Source: Eledone cirrhosa (taxonomy: Eukaryota). From it: a stretch of DNA of 64,000 bases. The notes under the pieces are model-generated. The model did not search any database. It worked only from the letters and a program-made list of their open reading frames with translations, and had not been told where the DNA came from. How positions within the stretch are numbered: position 1 is the first letter of the stretch; each line of letters starts with the position of its first letter. The DNA lies in assembly GCA_964016885.1 (NCBI GenBank), contig OZ024742.1, positions 28,582,001-28,646,000 of the forward strand, read 5' to 3'. Below are positions 1-9,329 of the stretch, one piece after another. Made by a program: the position numbers and the translations under genes.

Positions 1-664
1 GCCAATTTATAGAGAGGAAGTGTTAAAGAGATATAAAGGAAGAATTGACCCTAGTATCATTTTTATCAAACACAAAAGGAGGTAAGATGAAGTTGACTAC
101 GGCTTCTTTGGAATTCAGAGAGCATGGAGTCAAAACAAATAATAATATAATTAAAAATAAATAAGGAGATTGCTCCTTCTTAGTTAGAGGTGGGATTGAA
201 CCAACTAATGTTTCTTTTCCTACATCTATACATAATTATTCTACTTCTGTGTAGGATATCTCTCTTTTAATATTGCTTCTATATTGGCTGTGATTGGAAT
301 ATATCAAGGAATCATAAAGGATTTGTTCATTAAGAGAAAGGTTAGAAAATCAAAGTGATATATATTTTTACTAAATATTTAATGATATACATAAGATGAT
401 TTGTGATTATATGTATAATTCAATGTTTTATTACATTTGAAACAAGAATTACAAAGTATTATGGAAGCTATAATTGAGATTGAAGAATTTAACAGTGCTG
501 AAGTATGTATCAATATTATAACACTAATACCTCCACATCTGAATTTTAATATCTGCCTCGGGTGCCTGGGTATTTTCCAATACAGCTTCTCTCCATATGT
601 GCACATACACACACAAACATGGGGTGCCTGAGTCATTTCCAACGCAGCTTGTCTCCATGTCTCC

Positions 665-910
665 ATATCATCATCATCACAGTTTAACGTTAATTTTTCC
701 ACGCTTGCATGGGTTAGACAGGTCATCCATGACGAGAGGCAAGTCTGGGAGAAAATCAGGTCAAAGGACCATGTTTAGCTCACCTGGGGCAGATCTTGGC
801 TTGGTTTCTACAGCTGGATACCCTTCCTAATGCCAGCCACATTTACAGTGTGTGCTGGGTGCTTTTTATCATGTCACCTACACAACCACTTTACAGTGTG
901 GACTGGGCAC
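665..910 (-). mobile_element. Degenerate RTE LINE/SINE 3' tail fragment
   Basis: (CAT)n followed by the reverse complement of the RTE tail motifs (cacgcttgcatggg; ggatacccttcctaatgcc; tttacagtgtg) seen in the intact copies at 5850-6200. Confidence 0.7.
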
Positions 911-1242
911 TTTTGCCTTGGAACTAGGGAGGAGGGAGGAAGCTTGGGGAAATTGCGGAAGTAGGTAACAGGGAGGGATGGTTATCGCAAAGGGAGGTGT
1001 ATGGGAGGGGAAAAGGTTGAGGAAGGTGTTGGCTACTAGGTATAAGACTCGCCTGAGAATAGTAGAGGGCGAGTCTTCTGAATAGCACCAGAGGTCACAA
1101 TCTTATGTCATATACACACACCCATATATATAGATATATCCAGGGAGTGTAACGCGGAGTTACTGAAGGTTCACCCAGGTGAGCACTCGATGTTTAGGTT
1201 CACATGAGTATCAAGGTGTAGAGCTAGATAGAGTGTAATATA

Positions 1243-1338
1243 ATAATTGTTTCTACTATAGGCACAAGGCCAGCAATTACCCAGTGTATTACTGGTACTT
1301 TATTTTATCGACCCTGTAAGGATGAAAAGCAAAATTAA
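1243..1338 (-). mobile_element. 3' half of tRNA-derived SINE family A
   Basis: Reverse complement of gtcgataaaataaagtaccagtaatacactggg...gtagaaacaattatt, as in the copies at 23310, 51288 and 60152. Confidence 0.85.
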
Positions 1339-2500
1339 GACACCCCCACTAAAGAACAGTCAGGAACTAGAGAAAAACACAATGGAAAGCATCCAGCAAA
1401 TAGCAAACTCCATCCACCAGAGCATTAGAGTTACTATAGACTACCCAAGTAGACACCCCAACCATCGATTACCTGTACTAGACACAGAGCTCTGGTTAGA
1501 TACCATTAACAACCAAAAACAAATCCTCCATTCCCATTATGCCAAACCCATGACTTCCAAACATCTGATCCACCGAAACTCGGCCATTTCGGACCATACC
1601 AAAATCAACATACTGATTGCGGATTTGGTACGGGTGATGAGAAATGTGTCCCTCATGTGCAACCCCGAAGAACTAGAGAGACACATACAACACTTCATCC
1701 ACCGTATGCAGTTCTCTGGCTACAATCAGAGAGATAGAATCAGAGTGTATAAAGGAGCCAGAACCAAATGGGAAAAAATGGTAAATAATGACATAAATGG
1801 GACCTGCCCCTTGTATAGGAGCAAATTTTGGAATAGAATAGAAAGAACTAGGAACAAGGCCAATAGAATAAACTCATGGTATGATAGCAATAAATACCAG
1901 AGTGTAATGTTCATCAATACAACCCCTAGAGGCGAACTAGCCTACAAATTTAGAAGGGCCCTAAATAAACATAAACTCAATATTAAGATAGTAGAAAAAC
2001 CAGGTACCTCCGTAAAAACACTTATTAGCAAGACATACCCGTTCCAAAAACCCACATGTATAGATAAGAAATGTATAACCTGTAAAATAAGCCCCCATAT
2101 TAACTGTAAAACTAGAAATGTAGTGTATAGCATAAGATGTACTGAAGGACAATGTAGAAACAAAAATATAGTGTACATAGGTGAGACAGCTCGTAGTATA
2201 GGGGAACGAATAAATGAACACTGGCGAGACCTCCAAGATAATAAAGAATCATCTGTGCTCTACCAACATGCTAAGATAGAACACAGGGGTAGATTAGAGA
2301 ACATAGAAATAAAAATAGAATCCACACACAGAAAAGATGCAATGTTTAGGCAAATTACAGAGGCAGTAAGCATAAAAGAATTACAACCAAAATTAAATAG
2401 AAAATATGAGTGGAACAGCAACATCACAACTTACAATTTAGGACAAAATGAAAACACACACACACATAGAACAAACAACTTACAATTAAGGACAAAATGA
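1322..2500 (+). CDS. PLE RT thumb + Cys-rich linker + GIY-YIG endonuclease (partial; the ATG at 1322 lies in the upstream SINE)
   Basis: IANSI..DYPSRHPNHRLPVLDTELW (RT end), CIDKKCITC linker, NVVYSIRC...YIGETARSIGERINEH...H...E...LN (GIY-YIG). Confidence 0.85.
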   Translation: MKSKIKTPPLKNSQELEKNTMESIQQIANSIHQSIRVTIDYPSRHPNHRLPVLDTELWLDTINNQKQILHSHYAKPMTSKHLIHRNSAISDHTKINILIADLVRVMRNVSLMCNPEELERHIQHFIHRMQFSGYNQRDRIRVYKGARTKWEKMVNNDINGTCPLYRSKFWNRIERTRNKANRINSWYDSNKYQSVMFINTTPRGELAYKFRRALNKHKLNIKIVEKPGTSVKTLISKTYPFQKPTCIDKKCITCKISPHINCKTRNVVYSIRCTEGQCRNKNIVYIGETARSIGERINEHWRDLQDNKESSVLYQHAKIEHRGRLENIEIKIESTHRKDAMFRQITEAVSIKELQPKLNRKYEWNSNITTYNLGQNENTHTHRTNNLQLRTK

Positions 2501-2966
2501 AAACACACATACACATAGAACAAACAACCAACCAACAATAAATAAATAAATAAATAAACAAATAGATAAATGAACACAAACACACACAGACACCCGGATG
2601 TGGCGCATGCGCAAACTGAGCGCAAAACACACACACACAGAAACAAAATGGCGTAGGATAGAAGAAAGGAAAGGCACAGAAACAAAGAAAGGAATCCCCA
2701 GTCACTGAAGAGGTCACAGAGTGTGTGACGAAAGGACTATGACTATATATAAACAACTATCTGGTTGTGGAACCAACCAACCAACCAGAAATTTATAAGT
2801 TTGTAAATTTGCAAATTTATAAATTTATAAATATATAATAAATTGAAGTGAAAGCAAATGGTGCGTGTGTTTCTTATTGGCAACATGACCCTCCCAAAGT
2901 ATAACAATATCGGTTTCAACACACGATTTCAGATAAAGAATCTTGCTAAACAAATTCAGAAACGAA
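1340..2966 (+). mobile_element. 5'-truncated Penelope-like element with 3' pseudo-LTR containing a hammerhead
   Basis: RT C-terminus + GIY-YIG ORF, non-coding tail with a hammerhead at 2700, then a segment from ATG 2885 (MTLPKYNN...) that recurs at 13546, 15529, 40022 and 61531; ends in (TA)n. Confidence 0.85.
2700..2744 (+). ncRNA. Minimal type I hammerhead ribozyme
   Basis: AGTCA-CTGAAGA-G-GTCACA(gagtg)TGTGAC-GAAA-GGAC-TA-TGACT: intact core, 5-bp stem I, 6-bp stem II, rudimentary stem III. Confidence 0.85.
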
Positions 2967-3050
2967 ATATATAAATATATATATATATAAATATATATAT
3001 ATATAAATATATATAAATATAAATATATATAAATATATATATATATAAAT

Positions 3051-3085
<35 letters not shown>

Positions 3086-3252
3086 AATATATATATATAT
3101 AAATATATGGACAACATTGTGACGGCTATGACGGAATCCATGGAGGCTATGGGTTCGGTACTAGAAATGAGGAAGGCTCCAGAATCCTGGAATTCTGCGA
3201 CGCAAATAACTTAACTATCTGTAACACTAACTTCAAAAAACGAGACAATCAC

Positions 3253-5703
3253 TTGATCACCTATAGATCGGGGGAACACACAAGCCAGGTAGATTATATC
3301 CTTACCAGAAGACGTGACAGAGTGTCTGTTGTTAACACTAAATCCCACCCCCATGAAGAATTCACCTCCCAACATAGACTGATAATTAGCGACCTCATAG
3401 TCAGGACGAGACGTACTAGACAGCGAAAGAGGACTATCCTCAGGAGAAAAATATGGAAGCTAAAGGACCCCATAGCCAGAAATAAATTTCAAAGCAAATT
3501 ACTTGACGCTTTCGACAGTAAGGAAGAGCAATTAGAGTCGTATAATATAGAGGAACAGTGGGAATTCCTGAGAGCAAACCTGCTGACGGTGGCAGACGAA
3601 GTCTGTGGCTGGAGCAGGCCTGTAGGTAAGAGGAGAGTAACATGGTGGTGGAACAGTAAGGTGGAGGAGTCAATTAAGGCCAAAAAGCAGGCTTGGAAAG
3701 TATGGCGGGATGGGGGAAGTAGAGAAGACTATCAAGTGGCCAGGAGGGAAGCTAGGAGACAAGTGTACTTCGCAAGAAGGGAAGCAGAGGAAAGAAAGTT
3801 CAAGCATGTTCTACAACGTGAGGACCAAAAACGTGAGGTGTTCAGGATTGCCAGGCAATGTGTCAAGGAAAACCGTGATATTGTCGGGGAGAAGTGTGTA
3901 CTTAACGATGATGGCATACTTGCCATCACCGACGCTGATAAGAAGGTAGCTTGGAAGTGTCACTACGAAAGGCTTCTAAATGAGGAGAACAAATGGGAGA
4001 AAGACAGTCTCCCCCAGATCGATCCAATAGAGGGACCAGCAGTGTTAGTTAAAGGTAGTATAATAAGTAAGGCAATCAAAGATATGAAGACGGGTAAGGC
4101 GGCTGGGCCTTCGGAAATAGTTGCTGAGATGCTGAAGGCATCTGGTTCGGTGGGACACACCATGGTCACCCGCATAGTTAACCAAGTCGTACAGAATGGG
4201 GTTGTTCCGAAGGAATGGCATAGCAGGATCATCGTTAACTGCTATAAGGAAAAAGGAGATGCCCTAGATAGGAGTAACTATAGAGGCATTAAATTAATCG
4301 ACCAGGTCATGAAGGTGACGGAAAAAGTAATAGCGCAACTAATCAGAGAGAGAATTGATCTAGATGAAATGCAGTTCGGGTTTGTGTCAGGCAAAAGTAC
4401 CACAGACGCTCTTTTCATTGTACGACAACTACAGGAGAAGTACCTAGCTAAAAGTAAACCCCTATACTTAGCTTTTGTCGACTTGGAGAAAGCCTTCGAC
4501 AGAGTCCCCCGTTCCATTATCTGGTGGTCTCTTAGAAAACTAGGTGTTGACGAATGGCTTGTGAGAGCTATACAAGCCATGTATAAAGAAACAGTCAGTA
4601 AGGTTAGAATTAACAACGAATATAGTGAAGAGTTTAGCGTAAAAGTTGGTGTCCATCAGGGCTCTGTACTTAGCCCCCTACTATTTATTATTGCCCTTCA
4701 GGCTATAACAGAGGAGTTCAAGACCGGCTGCCCATGGGAACTCCTATACGCAGATGATCTAGCGCTCATAGCTGAATCAATGACCGAACTAGAGAAGAAA
4801 TTCCAAACGTGGAAGCACGGCCTAGAATCAAAAGGCCTTAAAATTAACCTGGCTAAGATTAAAGTTCTAGTTTGTAGGAAAGAAAATAAGGCGGCGGTCC
4901 CATCGGGGAAATGGCCATGCTCAGTGTGTAGGAAAGGCGTAGGTAGAAACTCCATTTTATGTCCCAAATGCAAAGTATGGGTGCATAAAAGATGTAGTGG
5001 GATCACAGGTAAGCTAACTAAGAACATAGATTTTACATGTGGCCGGTGCTCTGGTACAATAAGTAGCAGCAAGTGCCCACAAAATACTAGCTCCTTCAAC
5101 TGCGCAGAGGGTTCTATAGAAATAGTGGACAGCTTCCGTTATCTGGGTGACAAAATCAGCAGTGGGGGAGGGTGCTCTGAAAGTACAGTAGCTAGAGTCA
5201 GAACTGGATGGAAAAAGTTCAGAGAGCTTATACCTCTATTAGCCGCTAGAGGGTTCTCCCTAAAAATGAAAGGCAGGTTATACGATGCCTGCATACGAAC
5301 AGCAATGCTGCATGGCGGTGAGACCTGGGCATTGTGTGCAGAGGATATACGCAGACTAGAGAGGAACGAAGCTTGCATGCTCCGCTGGATGTGCAATAGT
5401 AATATACGTGAACGGCAAAGCATAAACGAACTAAGGAAAAAATTAGAAATAAGAGGGATCAGATGTTGTTTACTCGAGAGAAGGCTACGTTGGTACGGTC
5501 ACGTGATGCGCATGAAAGACGACAGCTGTATAACAAAGTGCAGGGCAATAAAGATAGACGGTAGCCACGGAGTAGGCAGACCCAGAAAAACATGGGACGA
5601 GCTGATAAATTCCGACCTCACACGCTTACACCTCTCCAAGACAATGTCACTGGACCGAGACCTTTGGCGGTACTCAGTAATAGAGAAGACCCGCCTTAGC
5701 TAA
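3253..5703 (+). CDS. RTE ORF: partial APE + reverse transcriptase with inserted PHD-type finger
   Basis: NYRGIKL, QFGF, FVDLEKAFD, GVHQGSVLSPLLF, YADD, FRYLG, RLRWYGH, GRPRKTW; uninterrupted frame. Confidence 0.95.
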   Translation: MITYRSGEHTSQVDYILTRRRDRVSVVNTKSHPHEEFTSQHRLIISDLIVRTRRTRQRKRTILRRKIWKLKDPIARNKFQSKLLDAFDSKEEQLESYNIEEQWEFLRANLLTVADEVCGWSRPVGKRRVTWWWNSKVEESIKAKKQAWKVWRDGGSREDYQVARREARRQVYFARREAEERKFKHVLQREDQKREVFRIARQCVKENRDIVGEKCVLNDDGILAITDADKKVAWKCHYERLLNEENKWEKDSLPQIDPIEGPAVLVKGSIISKAIKDMKTGKAAGPSEIVAEMLKASGSVGHTMVTRIVNQVVQNGVVPKEWHSRIIVNCYKEKGDALDRSNYRGIKLIDQVMKVTEKVIAQLIRERIDLDEMQFGFVSGKSTTDALFIVRQLQEKYLAKSKPLYLAFVDLEKAFDRVPRSIIWWSLRKLGVDEWLVRAIQAMYKETVSKVRINNEYSEEFSVKVGVHQGSVLSPLLFIIALQAITEEFKTGCPWELLYADDLALIAESMTELEKKFQTWKHGLESKGLKINLAKIKVLVCRKENKAAVPSGKWPCSVCRKGVGRNSILCPKCKVWVHKRCSGITGKLTKNIDFTCGRCSGTISSSKCPQNTSSFNCAEGSIEIVDSFRYLGDKISSGGGCSESTVARVRTGWKKFRELIPLLAARGFSLKMKGRLYDACIRTAMLHGGETWALCAEDIRRLERNEACMLRWMCNSNIRERQSINELRKKLEIRGIRCCLLERRLRWYGHVMRMKDDSCITKCRAIKIDGSHGVGRPRKTWDELINSDLTRLHLSKTMSLDRDLWRYSVIEKTRLS

Positions 5704-5871
5704 ATACAAAGTAAAAACCTACTACAGTCAGTAGGCACCTCTATCAAAACACACCCCCGTCCCACCACCTCCACCCCACCCACACCGCCCCTTTCAATGT
5801 AAAGTTATGTTGGTCCCACAACATCCAGGCCGAAACAAATGAGATCGTGTAGGTGTCACGACAAAAAACAC

Positions 5872-6100
5872 ACAGTCCACGCTGTAAATGTGGCCGTGTA
5901 GGCAACACGGTAAAAACCTCCCAGCCCCACACTGTAAATGTGGTTGGTGTTAGGAAGGGCATCCAGCTGTAGAAAACCCGCCAGACAGTCCACGCTGTAA
6001 TGTGGCCGTGTAGGCAACACGGTAAAAACCTCCCAGCCCCACACTGTAAATGTGGTTGGTGTTAGGAAGGGCATCCAACTGTAGAAAACCCGCCAGACAG
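5872..6100 (+). repeat. ~112-bp tandem duplication in RTE copy 1 3' UTR
   Basis: acagtccacgctgtaa...gaaaacccgccag occurs twice in a row; single in copy 2. Confidence 0.9.
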
Positions 6101-6208
6101 TCCTATGCGAGCAAGACAACCAACAGGAAAACCCCCGTCCAAACCCATGCAAGCGTGGAACACGGACGCTAAACCTGATGATGATGATGATGATGATGAT
6201 ATATAAAT

Positions 6209-6247
<39 letters not shown>

Positions 6248-6298
6248 AATATATATATATATAAATATATATATATATAAATATATATATATATAAAT

Positions 6299-6361
<63 letters not shown>

Positions 6362-6503
6362 TATAATTATATATATATATAAATATATATATATATAAAT
6401 ATATATATATATAAATATATATATATATAAATATATATATATATAAATATATATATATATAAATATATATAAATATATATAAATATATATAAATATATAT
6501 ATG

Positions 6504-9218
6504 CACCTCCCAACATAGACTGATAATTAGCGACCTCATAGTCAGGTCGAGACGTACTCGACAGCAGAAGAGGACTATCCTCAGGAGAAAAATATGGAAG
6601 CTAAAGGACCCCACAGCCAAAAATAAATTTCAAAACATATTACTTGATGCTTTCGACAGTAAGGAAGAACACTTAGAGTCGGACAATATAGAGGGACAGT
6701 GGGAATTTCTGAAAGCAAACCTGCTGTTGGCCACAGACGAAGTCTGTGGCTGGAGCAGGCCTGTAGGCAGGAGGAGAGTAACATGGTGGTGGAACAGTAA
6801 GGTGGAGGAGTCAATTAAGGCCAAAAAGCAGGCTTGGAAAGTATGGCGGGATGGGGGAAGTAGAGTAGACTATCAAGTGGCCAGGAGGGAAGCTAGGAGA
6901 GAAGTGTACTTAGCAAGAAGGGAAGCTGAGGAAAGAAAGTTCAAGCATGTCCTACAACGCGATGACCAAAAACGTGAGGTGTTCAGGATTGCTAGGCAAT
7001 GCGTCAAGGAAAACCGTGATATTGTCGGGGAGAAGTGTGTACTTAACGATGATGGCATACTTGCCATCACCGACACTGATAAGAAGGCAGCTTGGAAGTG
7101 TCACTATGAAAGGCTACTAAATGAGGAGAATAAATGGGAGAAAGACAGTCTCCCCCATGTCGACCCAATAGAGGGACCAGCAGTGTTAGTCGAGGGGAGT
7201 ATAATAAGTAAGGCAATCAAGGATATGAAGACAGGTAAGGCGGCTGGGCCTTCGGAAATAGTTGCTGAGATGCTGAAGGCATCTGGCACGGTGGAACACA
7301 CCATGGTCACCCGCATAATTAACCAAGTCGTACAGAATGGGGTTGTTCCGAAGGACTGGCATAGCAGCATCATCGTTAACTGTTATAAGGGTAAAGGAGA
7401 CGCCCTAGATAGGAGTAACTATAGAGGCATTAAATTAATCGACCAGGTCATGAAGGTCACAGAAAAAGTAATAGCGCAACTAATCAGAGAGAGAATTGAC
7501 CTAGATGAAATGCAGTTCGGGTTTGTGTCAGGCAAAAGTACCACAGACGCTCTTTTCATAGTACGACAACTACAGGAGAAGTACCTAGCTAAAGGTAAAC
7601 CCCTCTACTTAGCTTTTGTCGACTTGGAGAAAGCCTTCGACAGAGTCCCCCGCTCCATTATCTGGTGGGCTCTTAGAAAACTAGGCGTTGACGAATGGCT
7701 TGTGAGGGCTATACAAGCCATGTATAAAGAAACAGTCAGCAAGGTTAGAATTAACAACGAATATAGTGAAGAGTTTAGCGTAAAAGTTGGCGTCCATCAG
7801 GGCTCTGTTCTCAGCCCCCTACTATTTATTATTGCCCTTCAGGCTATAACAGAGGAGTTCAAGACAGGCTGCCCATGGGAACTCCTATACGCAGACGACC
7901 TGACACTCATAGCGGAATCAATGGCCGAGCTAGAGAAGAAATTCCAAACATGGAAGCACGGCCTAGAGTCAAAAGGACTTAAAATTAACCTGGCTAAGAC
8001 CAAAGTTCTAGTTTGTAGGAAAGAAAACAAGGCGGCGGTCCCTTCTGGGAAATGGTCGTGCTCGGTGTGTAGGAAAGGCGTAGGTAGAAACTCCATTTTG
8101 TGTCCTAAATGCAAAGTATGGGTGCATAAAAGATGTAGTGGGATCACAGGTAAGCTAACTAAGAACATAGATTTTACATGTGGCCGGTGTTCTGGTGCAA
8201 TAAGTAGCAGCAAGTGCCCACACAATACTAGCTCTTTCAATTGCGCAGAGGGTTCTATAGAAATAGTGGACAGCTTCCGTTACCTGGGCGATAAAATCAG
8301 CAGTGGGGGAGGGTGCTCTGAAAGTACTGTAGCTAGAGTCAGAACTGGTTGGAAAAAGTTCAGAGAGCTTATACCACTATTAGCTGCTAAAGGGTTCTCC
8401 CTAAAAATGAAAGGCAGGTTGTACGATGCCTGCATACGAACAGCAATGTTGCATGGCAGTGAGACCTGGGCATTGTGTGCAGAGGATATACGCAGACTAG
8501 AGAGGAACGAAGCTTGCATGCTCCGCTGGATGTGTAACAGTAATATACGTGAACGGCAAAGCATAAACGAACTAAGGAAAAAATTAGAGATAAGAGGGAT
8601 CAGATGTTGTTTACTCGAGAGAAGGCTACGTTGGTATGGACACGTGATGCGCATGAAAGTCGATAGCTGTATAACAAAGTGCAGGGCAATAAAGATAGAC
8701 GGTAGCCACGGAGTAGGCAGACCTAGAAAAACCTGGGACGAGCTGATAAACTCCGACCTCACACACTTACACCTCTCCAAGACAATGTCACTGGACCGAG
8801 ACCTTTGGCGGTACTCAGTAACAGAGAAGACCCGCCTTGCCAGTAGGCATCTCTAACAAAATACACCCCGTCCCACCACCACCACCCCCACCCCATCCAC
8901 ACCACCCCGTCCTATGTAAAGTTATGTTGGTGCCGCGCCATCCGGGCCGAAACAAATGAGATCGTGTAGGTGTCACGACAAAAAAACACACAGTCCACGC
9001 TGTAATGTGGCCGTGTAGGCAACACGGTAAAAACCTCCCAGACCCACACTGTAAATGTGGTTGGTGTTAGGAAGGGCATCCAACTGTAGAAAACCTGCCA
9101 GACAGTCCTATGCGAGCAAGACAATCACTCTTGCCTCAAGTGGGACTACCCCCGTCCAAACCCATGCAAGCGTGGAACACGGACGTTAAACGTTGATGAT
9201 GATGATGATGATGATGAT
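6504..9218 (+). mobile_element. RTE LINE copy 2, same subfamily as copy 1, 5'-truncated
   Basis: Near-identical to 3363-6200; (GAT)n tail; (TA)n flanks. Confidence 0.95.
6727..8856 (+). CDS. RTE reverse transcriptase with PHD-type insertion
   Basis: Same RT motifs as copy 1; open frame; small deletion removes the original stop. Confidence 0.93.
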   Translation: MATDEVCGWSRPVGRRRVTWWWNSKVEESIKAKKQAWKVWRDGGSRVDYQVARREARREVYLARREAEERKFKHVLQRDDQKREVFRIARQCVKENRDIVGEKCVLNDDGILAITDTDKKAAWKCHYERLLNEENKWEKDSLPHVDPIEGPAVLVEGSIISKAIKDMKTGKAAGPSEIVAEMLKASGTVEHTMVTRIINQVVQNGVVPKDWHSSIIVNCYKGKGDALDRSNYRGIKLIDQVMKVTEKVIAQLIRERIDLDEMQFGFVSGKSTTDALFIVRQLQEKYLAKGKPLYLAFVDLEKAFDRVPRSIIWWALRKLGVDEWLVRAIQAMYKETVSKVRINNEYSEEFSVKVGVHQGSVLSPLLFIIALQAITEEFKTGCPWELLYADDLTLIAESMAELEKKFQTWKHGLESKGLKINLAKTKVLVCRKENKAAVPSGKWSCSVCRKGVGRNSILCPKCKVWVHKRCSGITGKLTKNIDFTCGRCSGAISSSKCPHNTSSFNCAEGSIEIVDSFRYLGDKISSGGGCSESTVARVRTGWKKFRELIPLLAAKGFSLKMKGRLYDACIRTAMLHGSETWALCAEDIRRLERNEACMLRWMCNSNIRERQSINELRKKLEIRGIRCCLLERRLRWYGHVMRMKVDSCITKCRAIKIDGSHGVGRPRKTWDELINSDLTHLHLSKTMSLDRDLWRYSVTEKTRLASRHL

Positions 9219-9329
9219 ATATATAAATATATATATATATAAATATATATATATATAAATATATATATATATAAATATATATATATATAAATATATATAT
9301 ATATAAATATATATATATATAAATATATA

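Larger units (their letters stand above)
3108..6200 (+). mobile_element. RTE-clade LINE copy 1, 5'-truncated
   Basis: APE C-terminus (GYGFGTRNEEG...QVDYIL...SQHRL), RT, 3' UTR, (GAT)n tail; (TA)n on both sides. Confidence 0.95.

Noticed and set aside
1322-1339. ATG start of the PLE ORF
   Set aside because: The first codons lie in the antisense SINE fragment; the element is 5'-truncated.
1322-2700. Selenoprotein-type PLE (in-frame UGA plus SECIS)
   Set aside because: No internal UGA in the surviving ORF and no SECIS-like hairpin seen in the tail.
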